The translations under genes were made by a program, and so were the position numbers. The notes under the pieces are model-generated. The model ran no database searches. It was not told the DNA's origin and saw nothing but the letters and a program-made list of their open reading frames with translations. A stretch of 63,230 bases of DNA, counting the filler, from Octopus bimaculoides (Eukaryota): NCBI RefSeq assembly GCF_001194135.2. It is 4 parts of 4 records of this genome, joined end to end, with 100 filler letters (N's around TTAATTAATTAA, not from the genome) between each part and the next. Parts side by side here need not be neighbours in the genome. Positions count along the whole stretch, not along the records: positions 15,237 to 38,829 come from NC_068991.1; positions 38,930 to 60,284 come from NC_068988.1; 2 more parts are not named here. One strand, written 5' to 3'. Positions 38,722 through 51,999 of this stretch are shown piece after piece (positions within the stretch are counted from its first letter, which is position 1; each line of letters begins with the position of its first letter).

Positions 38722-38934
38722 TGGTTGATGGAATGATGTATAAAAACAAGAGCTAAAGATAGTCATATATATGTGTGTGTGAATGTATTTATATGTATAT
38801 GTATATATATGTACATTCATATATATATANNNNNNNNNNNNNNNNNNNNNNNNNNNNNNNNNNNNNNNNNNNNTTAATTAATTAANNNNNNNNNNNNNNN
38901 NNNNNNNNNNNNNNNNNNNNNNNNNNNNNAACAG

Positions 38935-39176
38935 ATAACTTTATTCATCAAAAATAGCTATGAGGATAAAAATAAACCTTCTTTTCTATAATGTTATTCA
39001 ATAAAGCCACCTTCACCTTCAACAACTGCTTATATATGAGATCTAAATCATCTCCATGCTCGAATCAAGTGATCTTGGTTCGTTTTGGACATTACTCTGA
39101 CTATGGCAGCTTTCAAAGAATCTTTGGTGTTATGGACGTGTACATTGACCTCTCTCTCAACAACTCTCCACATGTA
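38935..39176 (-). mobile_element. Tc1/mariner (maT/DD37D-like) transposase C-terminus, decayed
   Basis: YMWRVVEREVNVHVHNTKDSLKAAIVRVMSKTNQDHLIRAWR*FRSHI*AVVEGEGGFIE*, with the typical 'AV....GG.IE' ending. Confidence 0.85.
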
Positions 39177-39797
39177 AGAGTCCAATGACTGAAACAAATA
39201 AAAGAATATAAAAAAAAAAGAAAAATGCTAAAAATGTACGACTTCCAAATTACTTTTTCGCGAGTGAGCATTTGTACATATTTAATAAAACAGATTTCCG
39301 CCTCTCCGAGGGCTGCTGTGTTTCTTGTCTGTACATCTAAATATCTACTCTCACTACCATATACACGTGTATTCATTAAAAAATATATTGTTAATAATAT
39401 AAATGCATTGAAAAATTGCACTGGCTTTATTTCTGCTGTACATATACTTGATTTGTTCAATATATCTACAAATTTTCAATGGCGAGGTATTTGAATTTCG
39501 ATGCTCACCCATGTGTACAGCCCAAAGAAGAAAACTCTAAGGAAGTAAGATTACTATTTCTCCAAAATAAACATACAGTATGATTTATGTACGTTAATCA
39601 AAGAACAGAGCCAAACATCAAATATCTCTCCTGTTTCAAGCCTGTCTAATATATATCCTGTTTTCAAGCTTGTCTATTATCAGCATTGTCCATCGCTGAA
39701 TTTCGTTGAAATAACAGCAACACATACTAACGAAAGCCTCATAACTATAAACTGGAAAACAGTTAATGTTTAGTTTGAAAGTCTGTGCTTTTGTCAG

Positions 39798-39888
39798 GAA
39801 AATGTCGATAATACGAGACCTCAAGTAGACCCACGGAAGAAGGAAGATTTTGTTGGTTATGAAGGATATAAAGAGTGAAGCTTTGTAG
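39798..39888 (+). CDS. possible isolated exon (ENVDNTRPQVDPRKKEDFVGYEGYKE*)
   Basis: Acceptor GCTTTTGTCAG, donor TAG|GTATGT; no homology recognised. Confidence 0.15.
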
Positions 39889-40189
39889 GTATGTAATAGA
39901 AACAGGAGTATGAATGTCTGTGTGATGATACACAAACTGCTATTGCAGAGGAATTCAAGCTGTTTGAAGAACTCTTTTTGAAAGTACAGAAATGTTAGTG
40001 ATTTCTAGTTAATCACCTGAACTTCTTATGAATATCGCTTTATGACTAAACAGTATAGAAGATATGCTGCTGTTTAAATGAAATATACTTTAATTATAAC
40101 CTCATTAATATTTGTAAATGATCTGTCTTTTGTCATAACTGTTTTATTTTAAGGTGACCAAAAAGGTATCTTAATATTTGGGATTGAGC

Positions 40190-40345
40190 AAGGCAGTGAG
40201 CTGGTAGGGAAAAATGTTTAGCGGCATTTTGTCCGTCTTTACGTTCTGAATGCAAATTCCTTTCGAGGTCGATAAAATAAGTGCCAGCTCTGGGGAATGA
40301 TGAAATCGACATACTTCTCCCCCAGAATTGCTGGCCTATTGCTCA
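40190..40345 (+). mobile_element. SINE family B, degenerate
   Basis: GAGCTGG...TTAGCGGCATTTTGTCCGTCTTTACGTTCTGAATGCAAATTCC...GAGGTCGATAAAATAAGTGCCAG. Confidence 0.7.
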
Positions 40346-42178
40346 GAGAGATTGTTGTAAAATTAGAAGACGTAGTTCTTGTATAACCTCTGAGCCTTAT
40401 CATTAATTGTTTTTGCTTTGTAATTAATGTGTGGTGATGCCCAGTATCATTGATATTTGGAAATGTGCCTTGGCGCTGTAGAAGGAGTCAAGTTTGTCGT
40501 GCTGTTTGTGAAAGTTATATGAAAGACCTATGCTTCTGGAATCAAAGCATATTTGTCTCGAGATATCAACATAGTATGATATTATTTTAGTTCTTTACCT
40601 GTAAATTAGCTATGATTCAGCAGACATGTGATCAAAGTCGTTCTAATCATGACCACTCCATCTTGCGTTCAGGAAATGTGTATCAAATAACGCATTGCAC
40701 AACGTGAAGATCTCTACGTTAATACAGAAATGTGTGATTTGATGGAGAATTCGCTCTTATTTCCAGCAATTTGAGCAACTATACAGAAGGTATCATCCTC
40801 GTTTAATTATCAATTTAATACGTAGATGATGCCAGAATACCGAAGGTTAACGAAAAGACAAGCGTTGCATCATTTGCAGACGTACAAGGGGGAGAGTATG
40901 GAACATATAGTGTAACATAATCCTGAAGTTTGCTAGTATAAATAGAATTAGTTTCAGCAGGGATTAATATACTTAATTTAATGAACTAAAAATAATACAT
41001 AATCTGTTGAAATTACAATCGTAATAAAACAGTTATGTAAACATAAACATCAAAAGTAGAGAAAGAAAATAATGTTTCCTTTCCTTGTCGGGAATTCGCT
41101 CTTGGTTGACTAACCCACAGAGAAATCTTGGCATGGTAGACATAAGTTGTAATGGGCAGCGGAAGATTTGAAAGACCTAGGTCAATTATATATTATTTTT
41201 TCCTACATATACATACGTATGTCTGCGTATGCGCGCGTGTGTGTGTGTGTGCGTGCCTTTATGTATAAATATGAACACGCACACATATATTCACACGTAA
41301 TATAAATTGATGTGTGAGTGTTGATCGTGTGGAAGCATAAGAGCTTTGTCTTCTCTACATCAAAGTAAATGCAAATTAAGTCAACTATAAGACTTAGAGC
41401 TATGATTTATCTTAAATATACGTTTAGGGCTACACCCCACACATACAAACACAAACACACACACACATACACGCATGTGCCCACGTATACAACAAATATA
41501 TGCGTGTGCGGATTCGTCTGCTTCCGAGTGGAACGCTCTAGATGTATGCAGGCATGCGTATGCTTATTTGAATTTTACTCGATATATATANNNNNNNNNN
41601 NNNNNNNNNNNNNNNNNNNNNNNNNNNNNNNNNNNNNNNNNNNNNNNNNNNNNNNNNNNNNNNNNNNNNNNNNNNNNNNNNNNNNNNNNNNNNNNNNNNN
41701 NNNNNNNNNNNNNNNNNNNNNNNNNNNNNNNNNNNNNNNNNNNNNNNNNNNNNNNNNNNNNNNNNNNNNNNNNNNNNNNNNNNNNNNNNNNNNNNNNNNN
41801 NNNNNNNNNNNNNNNNNNNNNNNNNNNNNNNNNNNNNNNNNNNNNNNNNNNNNNNNNNNNNNNNNNNNNNNNNNNNNNNNNNNNNNNNNNNNNNNNNNNN
41901 NNNNNNNNNNNNNNNNNNNNNNNNNNNNNNNNNNNNNNNNNNNNNATATATATATATATGTATATATATGTATATATATATGTATATATATGTATATATA
42001 TATATATATATATATCTATATATATATATAGGTGTATGTATACATACACACATACACATACACGCATACATTCACACACACATACACACATATGTGTGTG
42101 TATATTTTAACCACCCACTGCATCTAACTTTTTCTTCGTCTGTCTTTTCATCTATTTCCATTCTGTCTTCATTTGCAG

Positions 42179-42262
42179 ATATCTCTGGAACTGAAGCGTA
42201 ACGTTTTCTACGATACATTGACTCAGTTTGTTCAACTTATCTGCAGAAATGCAAGAATGTAC
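42179..42262 (+). CDS. possible isolated exon ([28 protein letters not shown])
   Basis: ~45-nt polypyrimidine tract plus TTTGCAG, donors GTACGT or GTAAAT; the minus strand is also open, so strand is ambiguous. Confidence 0.2.
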
Positions 42263-44433
42263 GTAAATGCACATATGCCTTCAGACATACACACATAATC
42301 ACACACTCACACACTTACACACACATGCCTACGCACACACACACGCGCTCACAGACGCACCTACCGCAATTTCTTTTATCTGTCTTTTTGTTTGTTTCTT
42401 TCATACTCACACAGACTGCATATGTGTATGAATATGCTTTTATGGAAATGTCTGTGTAAGTATGTATGCACGTATGTACGCAAATAAATAAATATATATA
42501 TATATATATANNNNNNNNNNNNNNNNNNNNNNNNNNNNNNNNNNNNNNNNNNNNNNNNNNNNNNNNNNNNNNNNNNNNNNNNNNNNNNNNNNNNNNNNNN
42601 NNNNNNNNNNNNNNNNNNNNNNNNNNNNNNNNNNNNNNNNNNNNNNNNNNNNNNNNNNNNNNNNNNNNNNNNNNNNNNNNNNNNNNNNNNNNNNNNNNNN
42701 NNNNNNNNNNNNNNNNNNNNNNNNNNNNNNNNNNNNNNNNNNNNNNNNNNNNNNNNNNNNNNNNNNNNNNNNNNNNNNNNNNNNNNNNNNNNNNNNNNNN
42801 NNNNNNNNNNNNNNNNNNNNNNNNNNNNNNNNNNNNNNNNNNNNNNNNNNNNNNNNNNNNNNNNNNNNNNNNNNNNNNNNNNNNNNNNNNNNNNNNNNNN
42901 NNNNNNNNNNNNNNNNNNNNNNNNNNNNNNNNNNNNNNNNNNNNNNNNNNNNNNNNNNNNNNNNNNNNNNNNNNNNNNNNNNNNNNNNNNNNNNNNNNNN
43001 NNNNNNNNNNNNNNNNNNNNNNNNNNNNNNNNNNNNNNNNNNNNNNNNNNNNNNNNNNNNNNNNNNNNNNNNNNNNNNNNNNNNNNNNNNNNNNNNNNNN
43101 NNNNNNNNNNNNNNNNNNNNNNNNNNNNNNNNNNNNNNNNNNNNNNNNNNNNNNNNNNNNNNNNNNNNNNNAATTGTGTTCCTCTAATTTCTTTGCATAA
43201 TTCTGTTGCAAACACAAATTGTAGTATTTTTGGAACCGAATGAAGAATTAGGTCCTTTAATCTTTAACAAACTTTCCGGAAAAGTCGAAGAAGTTTCAGA
43301 ATCGTTGGTCAGTAAGCAATCAGCGATGTTGAACGAGACATTAGTGCACATCACAGTAGCTGCCCTGAGCGTCACTGCGCTGTTTATAATAATAGATTTG
43401 TATTATATAATATTATTTATTTATTTTTGGGTATCTACAAATTGTCTTCACTATGAAAATATATTTCATTTTCCTAAAACAGAGTTGTTTTTTTTTATCT
43501 TGGGACGTTCATTGTTTTAACAGAAACACATCCACTGGTACTATTTCACTTCTTATTTGTCAGATAGTTAAACAAGTAACTAATTATCCAATCGAATATT
43601 GGTGGTGAATATTTTAGGATTCCTATAACAAAATATATTTCATAACTATAAGTAAAGAGACAAAATATAGCAATAATGATGACAATGAGCCGACGACATA
43701 TTCTTTTCGTGGTTACTTGACTTGGTAGGTATAGTAGCAGCGTAATCAAACCCTACTGTATTGTTTTAATGCGTAACATTGGATAACTTTATCACATTAA
43801 CCTGTTTTTGAAAATATGATTTGAAGGGCATATAGTGGATATATTTTTATCATAAACCCTTACTGAATTGGTCTACATTGGTTCTAAAAGACCTGAAGAA
43901 CAACACCAGAACAGTAGCACAATATTAATAAGAATAGCAGCAACAACAACTACTGAAGCAGCAGCGGTGGCAACAGCAGCAACAACAGCAGGCTAACTTA
44001 CCTCGAAGAGCCACATCAAACAGCTTAAGAGAAGTCGAAATGTTATAAAAATCTTACCAAAATTTAAGAATTAAAAATTAAATTTGATGGATAGAATATA
44101 TACAAAATGACGTCTTTATATTTATTGCTTTGGTAATTTCTGGAGTCTTAATACGTTCGTAGGTCTGTAGTGTTTTATAATATTAGACAGCTGATGTACG
44201 GTGTATCGAACAAAATTTTCTGTGATATTTAATCGCGGCCGTTTAAAACAAGCTAAAATGCTGCCAAAGTTAATCCTGTCTTTCATCATTGTTGAGTCTT
44301 CAAATAAAGTATCAGCTAAGTTCACTAGTGTACATAAGCAACTATAGCCTTCCAGATAATTTCGTTTCTCTGAAAAATTTAGACCGTTGAAAGGTATGTT
44401 ACTTGAATAGATGGAGCATAAGTGACATGGTAC

Positions 44434-44823
44434 GTTGTTGTTGGTACTCCATCGCTTACGACATCGAGGGTTCCAGTTGATCCGACCAACGGAACAGCCT
44501 GCTTGTGAAATTAACATGCAAGTGGCTGAGCACTCCACAGACACGTACCATTAACGTAGTTCTCGGGGATATTCAGCGTGACACAGAATGTGACAAGGCT
44601 GACCCTTTGAATTACAGGCACAACAGAAACAGGATGTAAGAGTGGGAGAAAGTTGTGGTGAAAGAGTACAGCAGGGTTCGCCACCATCCCCTGCCGGAGC
44701 CTCGTGGAGCTTTTTTAGGTGTTTTCGCTCAATAAACACTCACAACGCACGGTTTGGGAATCGAAACCACGATCCTATGCCCGCGTGTCCGCTGCTCTAA
44801 CCACTGGGCCATTGCGCCTCCAC
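44434..44823 (-). mobile_element. SINE family C, full length, 12-bp target-site duplication
   Basis: Minus-strand head GTGGAGGCGCAATGGCCCAGTGGTTAG...GGTTTCGATTCCC; (CAA)n tail; GACATGGTACGT (44424) and GATATGGTACGT (44824). Confidence 0.95.
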
Positions 44824-45540
44824 GATATGGTACGTATAAGTAAATAATGAATGAATGCCTATAAATTTAATCTTGGGAGTGGAATTAGTGAAGTAACGTT
44901 ACAAATGATGTTATGAATGAATCCAAAGTAAAAAGAAAAACGAAATGACTAGGATTTAAGACATCCAGATTTTAACGAGACTGTTTACATCTGCAATTAA
45001 AAAAGAAACTGTGCGTATTGCGTTGGTTTTGATGCCACAGAATCATGAAAAAGATTACTGATCGTACGGATAATTATTTACTATTATTATATACATACAT
45101 AATTATCCCTATTTAATATTCCAATATAATAATATTAAATGATTGTTTTGGAAGAGATGTTACTGAGATTCAATAGCTATTAATTGAGCTGGTTATTCCC
45201 ATCGCAAGAAGCATGTAATTTGCTAAGGATTTTACTTCCAATAATATTCTAGAAATATGCATGAGATATTATTTAAAGGCAGAATTTATAAGGATTCTTC
45301 ATTACCTATTGTTACAAGAGGATGGATGATGTCTAAGTGCGGGAAGGTCAACTCAGCAGTAGGTTAAGTTTCATTATGAATCGGATTTATGTTATGAATA
45401 CATAAATGCATTTACATACGTGCGTGCATGAAATACATATACATGTACATACATATATACATACATACATACATACATGCAAGCGTGCATGCATACACAT
45501 ATATTCATACCTTCATACATACATATATATNNNNNNNNNN

Positions 45541-45574
<34 letters not shown>

Positions 45575-46052
45575 AATAAGGATAGATAGATAGGTACATA
45601 GATACATATATAGAAACATACACACAGGCACACACACATACACACTCAAATGTATCTATATATCTATCCATCCATCCATCTATCTATATGTGTGTGTGTG
45701 TCTGTGTGTGCGTGCGTATGTGTGTGTTTTATATATCTACATGCCTTCGTAATTAAACAGATTAAACCAACACAATTGTGAAGGAGAAAAATTACAATTA
45801 TGTAAAAATTTATAAATGCATGTGGAAAATTCAAATGTTAATATTTATCGAAAATGGTTTGTTCTTAAGTGTTGCCTTTTTATTGCATTAACCATTTCCT
45901 TGCTGATGGTTTGAGATATCATTTCGGAAGCTGTCGATGATATTGATTTTTGTTAAACACTTTGGATAGAATGCCTATCGCTATTCGTTCTCATTCCACG
46001 CGCTTTGACTTTAGATCCCGTCGAGAACAAATTTACCCCCAATCCTTTCGGT

Positions 46053-46448
46053 GTTGTTGTTGTTGTTGTTGGCACTCCGTCGCTTACGACGTCGAGGGTT
46101 CCAGTCGATCTGATCAACGGAACAACCTGCTCGTGAAATTAATGTTCAAGTGGCTGAGCACTTCACAGACACGTGTACCCTTAACGTAGTTCTCGGGGAT
46201 ATTCAGCGTGACACAGTGTGACAAGGATGACCCTTTGAAATACAGGTACAACAGAAACAGGAAGTAAGAGTGAGAGAAAGTTGTGGTGAACGAGTACAGC
46301 AGGGTTCGCCACCATCCCCTGCCGGAGCCTCGTGGAGCTTTAGGTGTTTTAGATCAATAGACACTCACAACGCCTGGTCTGGGAATCTAAACCGCGATCC
46401 TATGACCAAGAGTCCGCTGCCCTAACCACTGGGCCATTGCGCCTCCAC
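46053..46448 (-). mobile_element. SINE family C, full length, 9-bp target-site duplication
   Basis: Highly similar to 44434-44823; TTTCGGTGT at 46046-46054 and 46450-46458. Confidence 0.95.
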
Positions 46449-46644
46449 ATTTCGGTGTAGATAGAATAAAAATCAACATGGTAGATATGCAAAATTTGTA
46501 ACAATGGCGTTGAATATACATTGAGGTTTTTGTTCTGACATTTGCGTCCCAACAGGAACGTTGTAAGGATACTATTACCGTGTGAAGTTTCCACATGTAG
46601 TATAGGGATACAATGCTAGTCTTCTTTAAATTATTTGCCCCAGG

Positions 46645-46970
46645 AAGTGAAGGCGTGTGGCTTAGTGGTTTGAACACACGGCTCATGGCCGTAAAGTTGT
46701 GACTTTAATTCCCGGCAGCGCCTTGTGTTATTGAGCAATACAGTTTATTTCACGTTGCTTCAGTCTAGTCTGCTGGCAAAAATGAGTAGTACCTGTAATT
46801 CAAACGGCCAGCTTTGTCGCATTCGGTATCACGCTGAATCCCCCTGAGAAATACGTTAAGGGTACGCGGGTGTATGAAACGCTTATTCAGTTTCACTTTA
46901 ATTTCATGAGTAAACTGTTCCGTTGAATGGACCAACTGGAACACTCTTCGACGCAATCAATGGAGTGCTA
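46645..46970 (+). mobile_element. SINE with family-D-like front half and family-C-like 3' module
   Basis: GGCGTGTGGCTTAGTGG head, TTGAGCAATACAGTTTATTTCACGTTGC, then GGCCAGC..CACGCTGAAT..TACGTTAAGGGTAC..CTGTTCCGTTG..CAACTGGAAC. Confidence 0.8.
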
Positions 46971-47470
46971 GTTTGTTAATTCGCTCTCAGTCTTTGAATT
47001 CGCCTGAGACCCAAGCTGTGTTTAGGGCAACTGATTTGCATGAACATTAGATCAAAATAATATGCATTATGAACTGTTTTGCGTGAAGTAAATTTGTACA
47101 CTAATAGAAAAGAATCACTTGCATTCATATCATTATCGTGCTTTATCTTCCCTCATATTATTTTTGATCCCTAACATTGTATTCGGGAAATATGTGCTGT
47201 AACACTGTCCTTTCATCAATATTATCAACTCTGCGCCCCCGAAATCACAGAAACTTTTCACTACCACTTAGAACACATTACTTCATTACTTTCCAAATTA
47301 GCCCGACGGTTGACTATTATTTTAGAATTGGTAAGATATTGGATCTATAATATTCTTTCCTTAGAGTTTTCTACTAACTGTTTAATATTTTTGCATCAAC
47401 ATATAATATCAGAAACACGCACAACCACACACATATGCATCTCTAAGAATACTTGTGTGCAGATATATGT

Positions 47471-47471
47471 A

Positions 47472-47543
<72 letters not shown>

Positions 47544-47548
47544 CATCC

Positions 47549-47623
<75 letters not shown>

Positions 47624-47634
47624 CATCCATCTAT
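47471..47634. repeat. (ATCT)n microsatellite
   Basis: Direct reading. Confidence 0.97.
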
Positions 47635-47832
47635 NNNNNNNNNNNNNNNNNNNNNNNNNNNNNNNNNNNNNNNNNNNNNNNNNNNNNNNNNNNNNNNNNN
47701 NNNNNNNNNNNNNNNNNNNNNNNNNNNNNNNNNNNNNNNNNNNNNNNNNNNNNNNNNNNNNNNNNNNNNNNNNNNNNNNNNNNNNNNNNNNNNNNNNNNN
47801 NNNNNNNNNNNNNNNNNNNNNNNNNNNNNNNN

Positions 47833-47883
<51 letters not shown>

Positions 47884-48519
47884 GTATCTATATATATCAC
47901 AGTTATAGAATCTCATTGAATACTTTGTAATAATTTGTGTCATTAACAACCATTAATTAATAGCTAACGTATCACTAGAACTGTCCCCTCAAAACAATAG
48001 CTGGGCATTATTATATAAATATATAATTACTACTGTTTAATTGTCATGTTTCTCCTTCATATAAACGATTATTGAGGAATTAATCTTCCTCTTTGTTTCC
48101 TCAAAACCTACTTAGAAGGCACAAAGTTTTCTTCTAATCGTATACGTTGTCAATACATTTGTTAAAATTAGAATTTTAAAAATCAATATTCATTATTTAC
48201 GTTAATTTCAATCATAATAACACCACTCAAATTGCTTCTCTTCTACCACTAACATGCATATGAAGGATTGCGGCTGAGTGGTTAGGATCCGCAGACAAGA
48301 CTTCAAGTTCGCTGTTTCGCTTCGTGGGTTGCGTGGTGCATTTTCTTTTCGAAGAAAACGCTTCGTCTATAAACAAATAATGCCTGCGACGGACTAGCGT
48401 TCCGTTCAGGAGAAGTGTTGTCATCGTCATAATTTATATGTCATGTAAACGGGGCAACTGGTTGTAGGAGTCATAAGGCTTATTAACATACCTGCATTTA
48501 TACGAACCCCCACATAAGT

Positions 48520-48745
48520 AGAACAAACACTTAAATACGTTTTTGGATTGCAACTAAGTCGCATTTCATCTCGTCGCACATTAAATCGCAGTCAGTATTA
48601 TCATTGCAGCGCCTCAGTTTCATGTTGCATATCTCTGTCAATAAGATATGTGTATCTGCATAGTCTTCGATGCACAAATCACCGAAATATAACGATTGAT
48701 ATAGTCTGTTGTTCAGCACAATAGCAATGCCTTGCAAAATGATCA
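48520..48745 (-). mobile_element. possible decayed LINE reverse transcriptase fragment
   Basis: IEDYADTHILL resembles DLDYADD..LL; after a frameshift, EMRLSCNPKT resembles GL..N..KT. Confidence 0.35.
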
Positions 48746-49344
48746 TGCTTTTAGTAATATCGTTCTATACATGTCACTAAATTCAAAATGCCTCTTCCTT
48801 CCGCTAGCATTGGATACGCAAACACGAATTACCTCCCTTAATTAGTGTCGGTTATGAAAACAATTTGAAATAATTTAAAACTACTTGAAGGTGACGACTG
48901 GTACAGTTGTAAAAATATTGGTTAAATTACTTCGCAGTATTTCAGACGAATTTCTGTGTTCGTAAGGATATCTGTGTTTCGTCAGGATCACCATCGTTTA
49001 CATTATTTTCGGCGCCAAGAAAAAGAAACTGATCCGTGGTCATAGATTGACAGATATTGTAGAGCATTGGTCTAGATCCATTATAGGAATCGGTTCGAGT
49101 ATTTCAGTTGTGACGGCAACACCTGCGACGAGATTGTATCGTTAGTAAAATAATGGCCTTTGGTTTAACGTCGATGAAACATATAGTCAAATACGGATGG
49201 CCAAGTCTGACAAACAGAGGTCCTATGGATTAATTTAAAGAGTTTTTAGATTTATTCCTAACAAACAGAATGTGGTTGAATATACATATACAGAAGCAAC
49301 GAAGCAACGGTATATATATATATTTATATATATATATATATAAG

Positions 49345-49513
49345 GATAAGATCGATATTTAAATATCGATTTTATCAAGTGGCCAGCATGGGAATAAAAA
49401 CTATCAAAAGTAACAATTATTTAAAATTATAATTTAGGGTATCTAAGAGATATCGCCACGCTGAAGACTGCTATTTTCAGCGTGGCGGTATCTCTTAGAT
49501 ACCATAAATTATA
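49345..49513. repeat. palindrome plus 38-bp-stem hairpin next to (TA)n
   Basis: ATCGATATTTAAATATCGAT is a perfect palindrome (49351-49370); arms 49428-49465 and 49476-49513 differ at two positions. Confidence 0.88.
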
Positions 49514-50317
49514 NNNNNNNNNNNNNNNNNNNNNNNNNNNNNNNNNNNNNNNNNNNNNNNNNNNNNNNNNNNNNNNNNNNNNNNNNNNNNNNNNNNNNNN
49601 NNNNNNNNNNNNNNNNNNNNNNNNNNNNNNNNNNNNNNNNNNNNNNNNNNNNNNNNNNNNNNNNNNNNNNNNNNNNNNNNNNNNNNNNNNNNNNNNNNNN
49701 NNNNNNNNNNNNNNNNNNNNNNNNNNNNNNNNNNNNNNNNNNNNNNNNNNNNNNNNNNNNNNNNNNNNNNNNNNNNNNNNNNNNNNNNNNNNNNNNNNNN
49801 NNNNNNNNNNNNNNNNNNNNNNNNNNNNNNNNNNNNNNNNNNNNNNNNNNNNNNNNNNNNNNNNNNNNNNNNNNNNNNNNNNNNNNNNNNNNNNNNNNNN
49901 NNNNNNNNNNNNNNNNNNNNNNNNNNNNNNNNNNNNNNNNNNNNNNNNNNNNNNNNNNNNNNNNNNNNNNNNNNNNNNNNNNNNNNNNNNNNNNNNNNNN
50001 NNNNNNNNNNNNNNNNNNTATATATATATATATATATATATATATGCGTGTGTCTGTGTGTGTCTGTGTGTGTGTGTGTGTTATTTTATTCTTTGTGAAG
50101 GTGCATGGCTTGTAATAGAAACAACGTCACATTTGAACTTAGAAAAGGGTTGCATTTTTTTACTGTTCCGCTTAAAGATTGAGTTTGTCGTGTGCATGTG
50201 AGCCGTTTGGATTCTTTCCCTGAAAACCTTAGGCAATATTACTCTGGCATTTATTCACAAAATCCAGGTGCAACAATTATTATTAGTATAAATGTGAATT
50301 TATAATATGGCGCAGCT

Positions 50318-50520
50318 GAGAGAGGGCGAAAGTAAGGCAGACAGAGAAATTCCTGGTTTGATAACGTCAAAGACTGGACAGGTCACAACACAGCAAACTT
50401 GTTACGCATGACAGAGAACAGAGACCAGTGGCGCCAACTAACTATGAAAGCGTCTCGAGTGGCACCCCAACGACCGGTTGTGTCAGTTAAGCGATCTTGA
50501 TCTTGACGATGCTGATGATA
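50318..50520 (+). mobile_element. RTE-clade LINE extreme 3' end, 5'-truncated
   Basis: GRQRNSWFDNVKDWTGHNTANLLRMTENRDQWRQLTMKASRVAPQRP, then a TGA/GAT-repeat tail. Confidence 0.85.
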
Positions 50521-50925
50521 ATCTGGGACAGAAGCTGAAGCTTTCTATGTAGTTGTCTGTAGCTATCATCTTTCTCTTTGATTTTCGAAGAGATATTTGC
50601 ATCAGCAAGGCAGCTGACCTCTATTGATGGTACATATTTTGGCTTATCTGTCCCAAATGTTTGCATGTAGGTATGTGTATGATTGTGTGCACGCGCGCAT
50701 ATGTGTAGATTTACACCGTTGTCTGCTATATATTTATATATGTAGCGTTAATATACGTTGCTTAATCTATATCCACTATGTCATTGTCCGTTGAACATTT
50801 ATGGAATGTTTTGCAGTAGCTGTTTTTTTTTTTATTTGCAACGTTATAAATCTTCTTCATTTCCAAAATATATATTCTTGTTGGTAGTTATTTTACGTCA
50901 TAAGAGTATTCTTTCATATGTCTGT

Positions 50926-50929
<4 letters not shown>

Positions 50930-51011
<82 letters not shown>

Positions 51012-51179
51012 CTATCTCCCTAACTGTCTTTCTATCTATCTAGCAATATACTAGCTCTCTCACTCTGTCCCTCTCTCTCTGTCTCAGCTTCTCTTTCTCT
51101 CTCATTCTCTGTCTCTCTCTGTCTCTTTGTCTCTCTCTGTTTGTTTCTCTGTCCCCTCTCTCTCCCTGTCGCTCCCCCG

Positions 51180-51253
<74 letters not shown>

Positions 51254-51254
51254 G

Positions 51255-51285
<31 letters not shown>

Positions 51286-51480
51286 CGGTAACTGTCTTTC
51301 TGTCTATCTAGCTATATACTGGCTCTCTCACTCTGTCCCTCTGTCTCTGTCTCTATTTCTCTCTCTCCCCCCTCTCTGTCTGTCTCTTTGTCTCTGTTTG
51401 TCTCTTTGTCTCTGTCTGTCTCTTTGTCTTTGTCTGTTTCTCTCCTCCCCTCTCTCGTTCTCTGTATATCTGTGTATTTA
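50930..51480. repeat. compound (TC)n/(TATC)n block with ~268-bp internal duplication
   Basis: TAACTGTCTTTCT.TCTATCTAGC.ATATACT.GCTCTCTCACTCTGTCCCTCT occurs at 51021 and 51289. Confidence 0.85.
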
Positions 51481-51999
51481 CATACGTATTCCTATCTGTC
51501 TATTTCTCTATACACGCATAACATATGTGTCTATATGCATGCATCCAGAAACAAGCCCATGCATTAGATATTGCAAACTATCTATATTCTATGATGTAAC
51601 TTCGTATAACAATGAATAATAATTCTCTGATACAGAAAATATTAAAAAAAAATAACAAAACTGCATACCAAATATTAAAAAAAAAATGCCTTACGAATTT
51701 TACTCGTTACATAAATATGGTCTGACGGGGATCATCTGCGCATATATACACCCTCCCACGCATTCCTCCCTCACACATACGTACACGCATGTAAGCCTTT
51801 AAATTAAATACACGAGCTTAAGAAAAAAAAAAATTAGTGCAACACGATAACAAGAACAAGAAGACAATAAAACGCAATACGAAAGCAACATATCATCAAC
51901 AACAACAGCAGCAGCAGCAGCAGCGGCAACAGGTCAAAAGAGAAAGAGAGAAAAAGAAGAAAAAAAAAAAGAAGAAGACTGCGAAAGGAAGTAGAATTC

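Noticed and set aside
43206-43749. GPCR-like hydrophobic ORFs on opposite strands
   Set aside because: Hydrophobicity follows from AT-rich codons; no receptor motifs, short, and mutually incompatible strands.
44700-44823. tRNA genes at SINE heads
   Set aside because: A/B boxes continue directly into SINE bodies with tails and TSDs; no complete cloverleaf.
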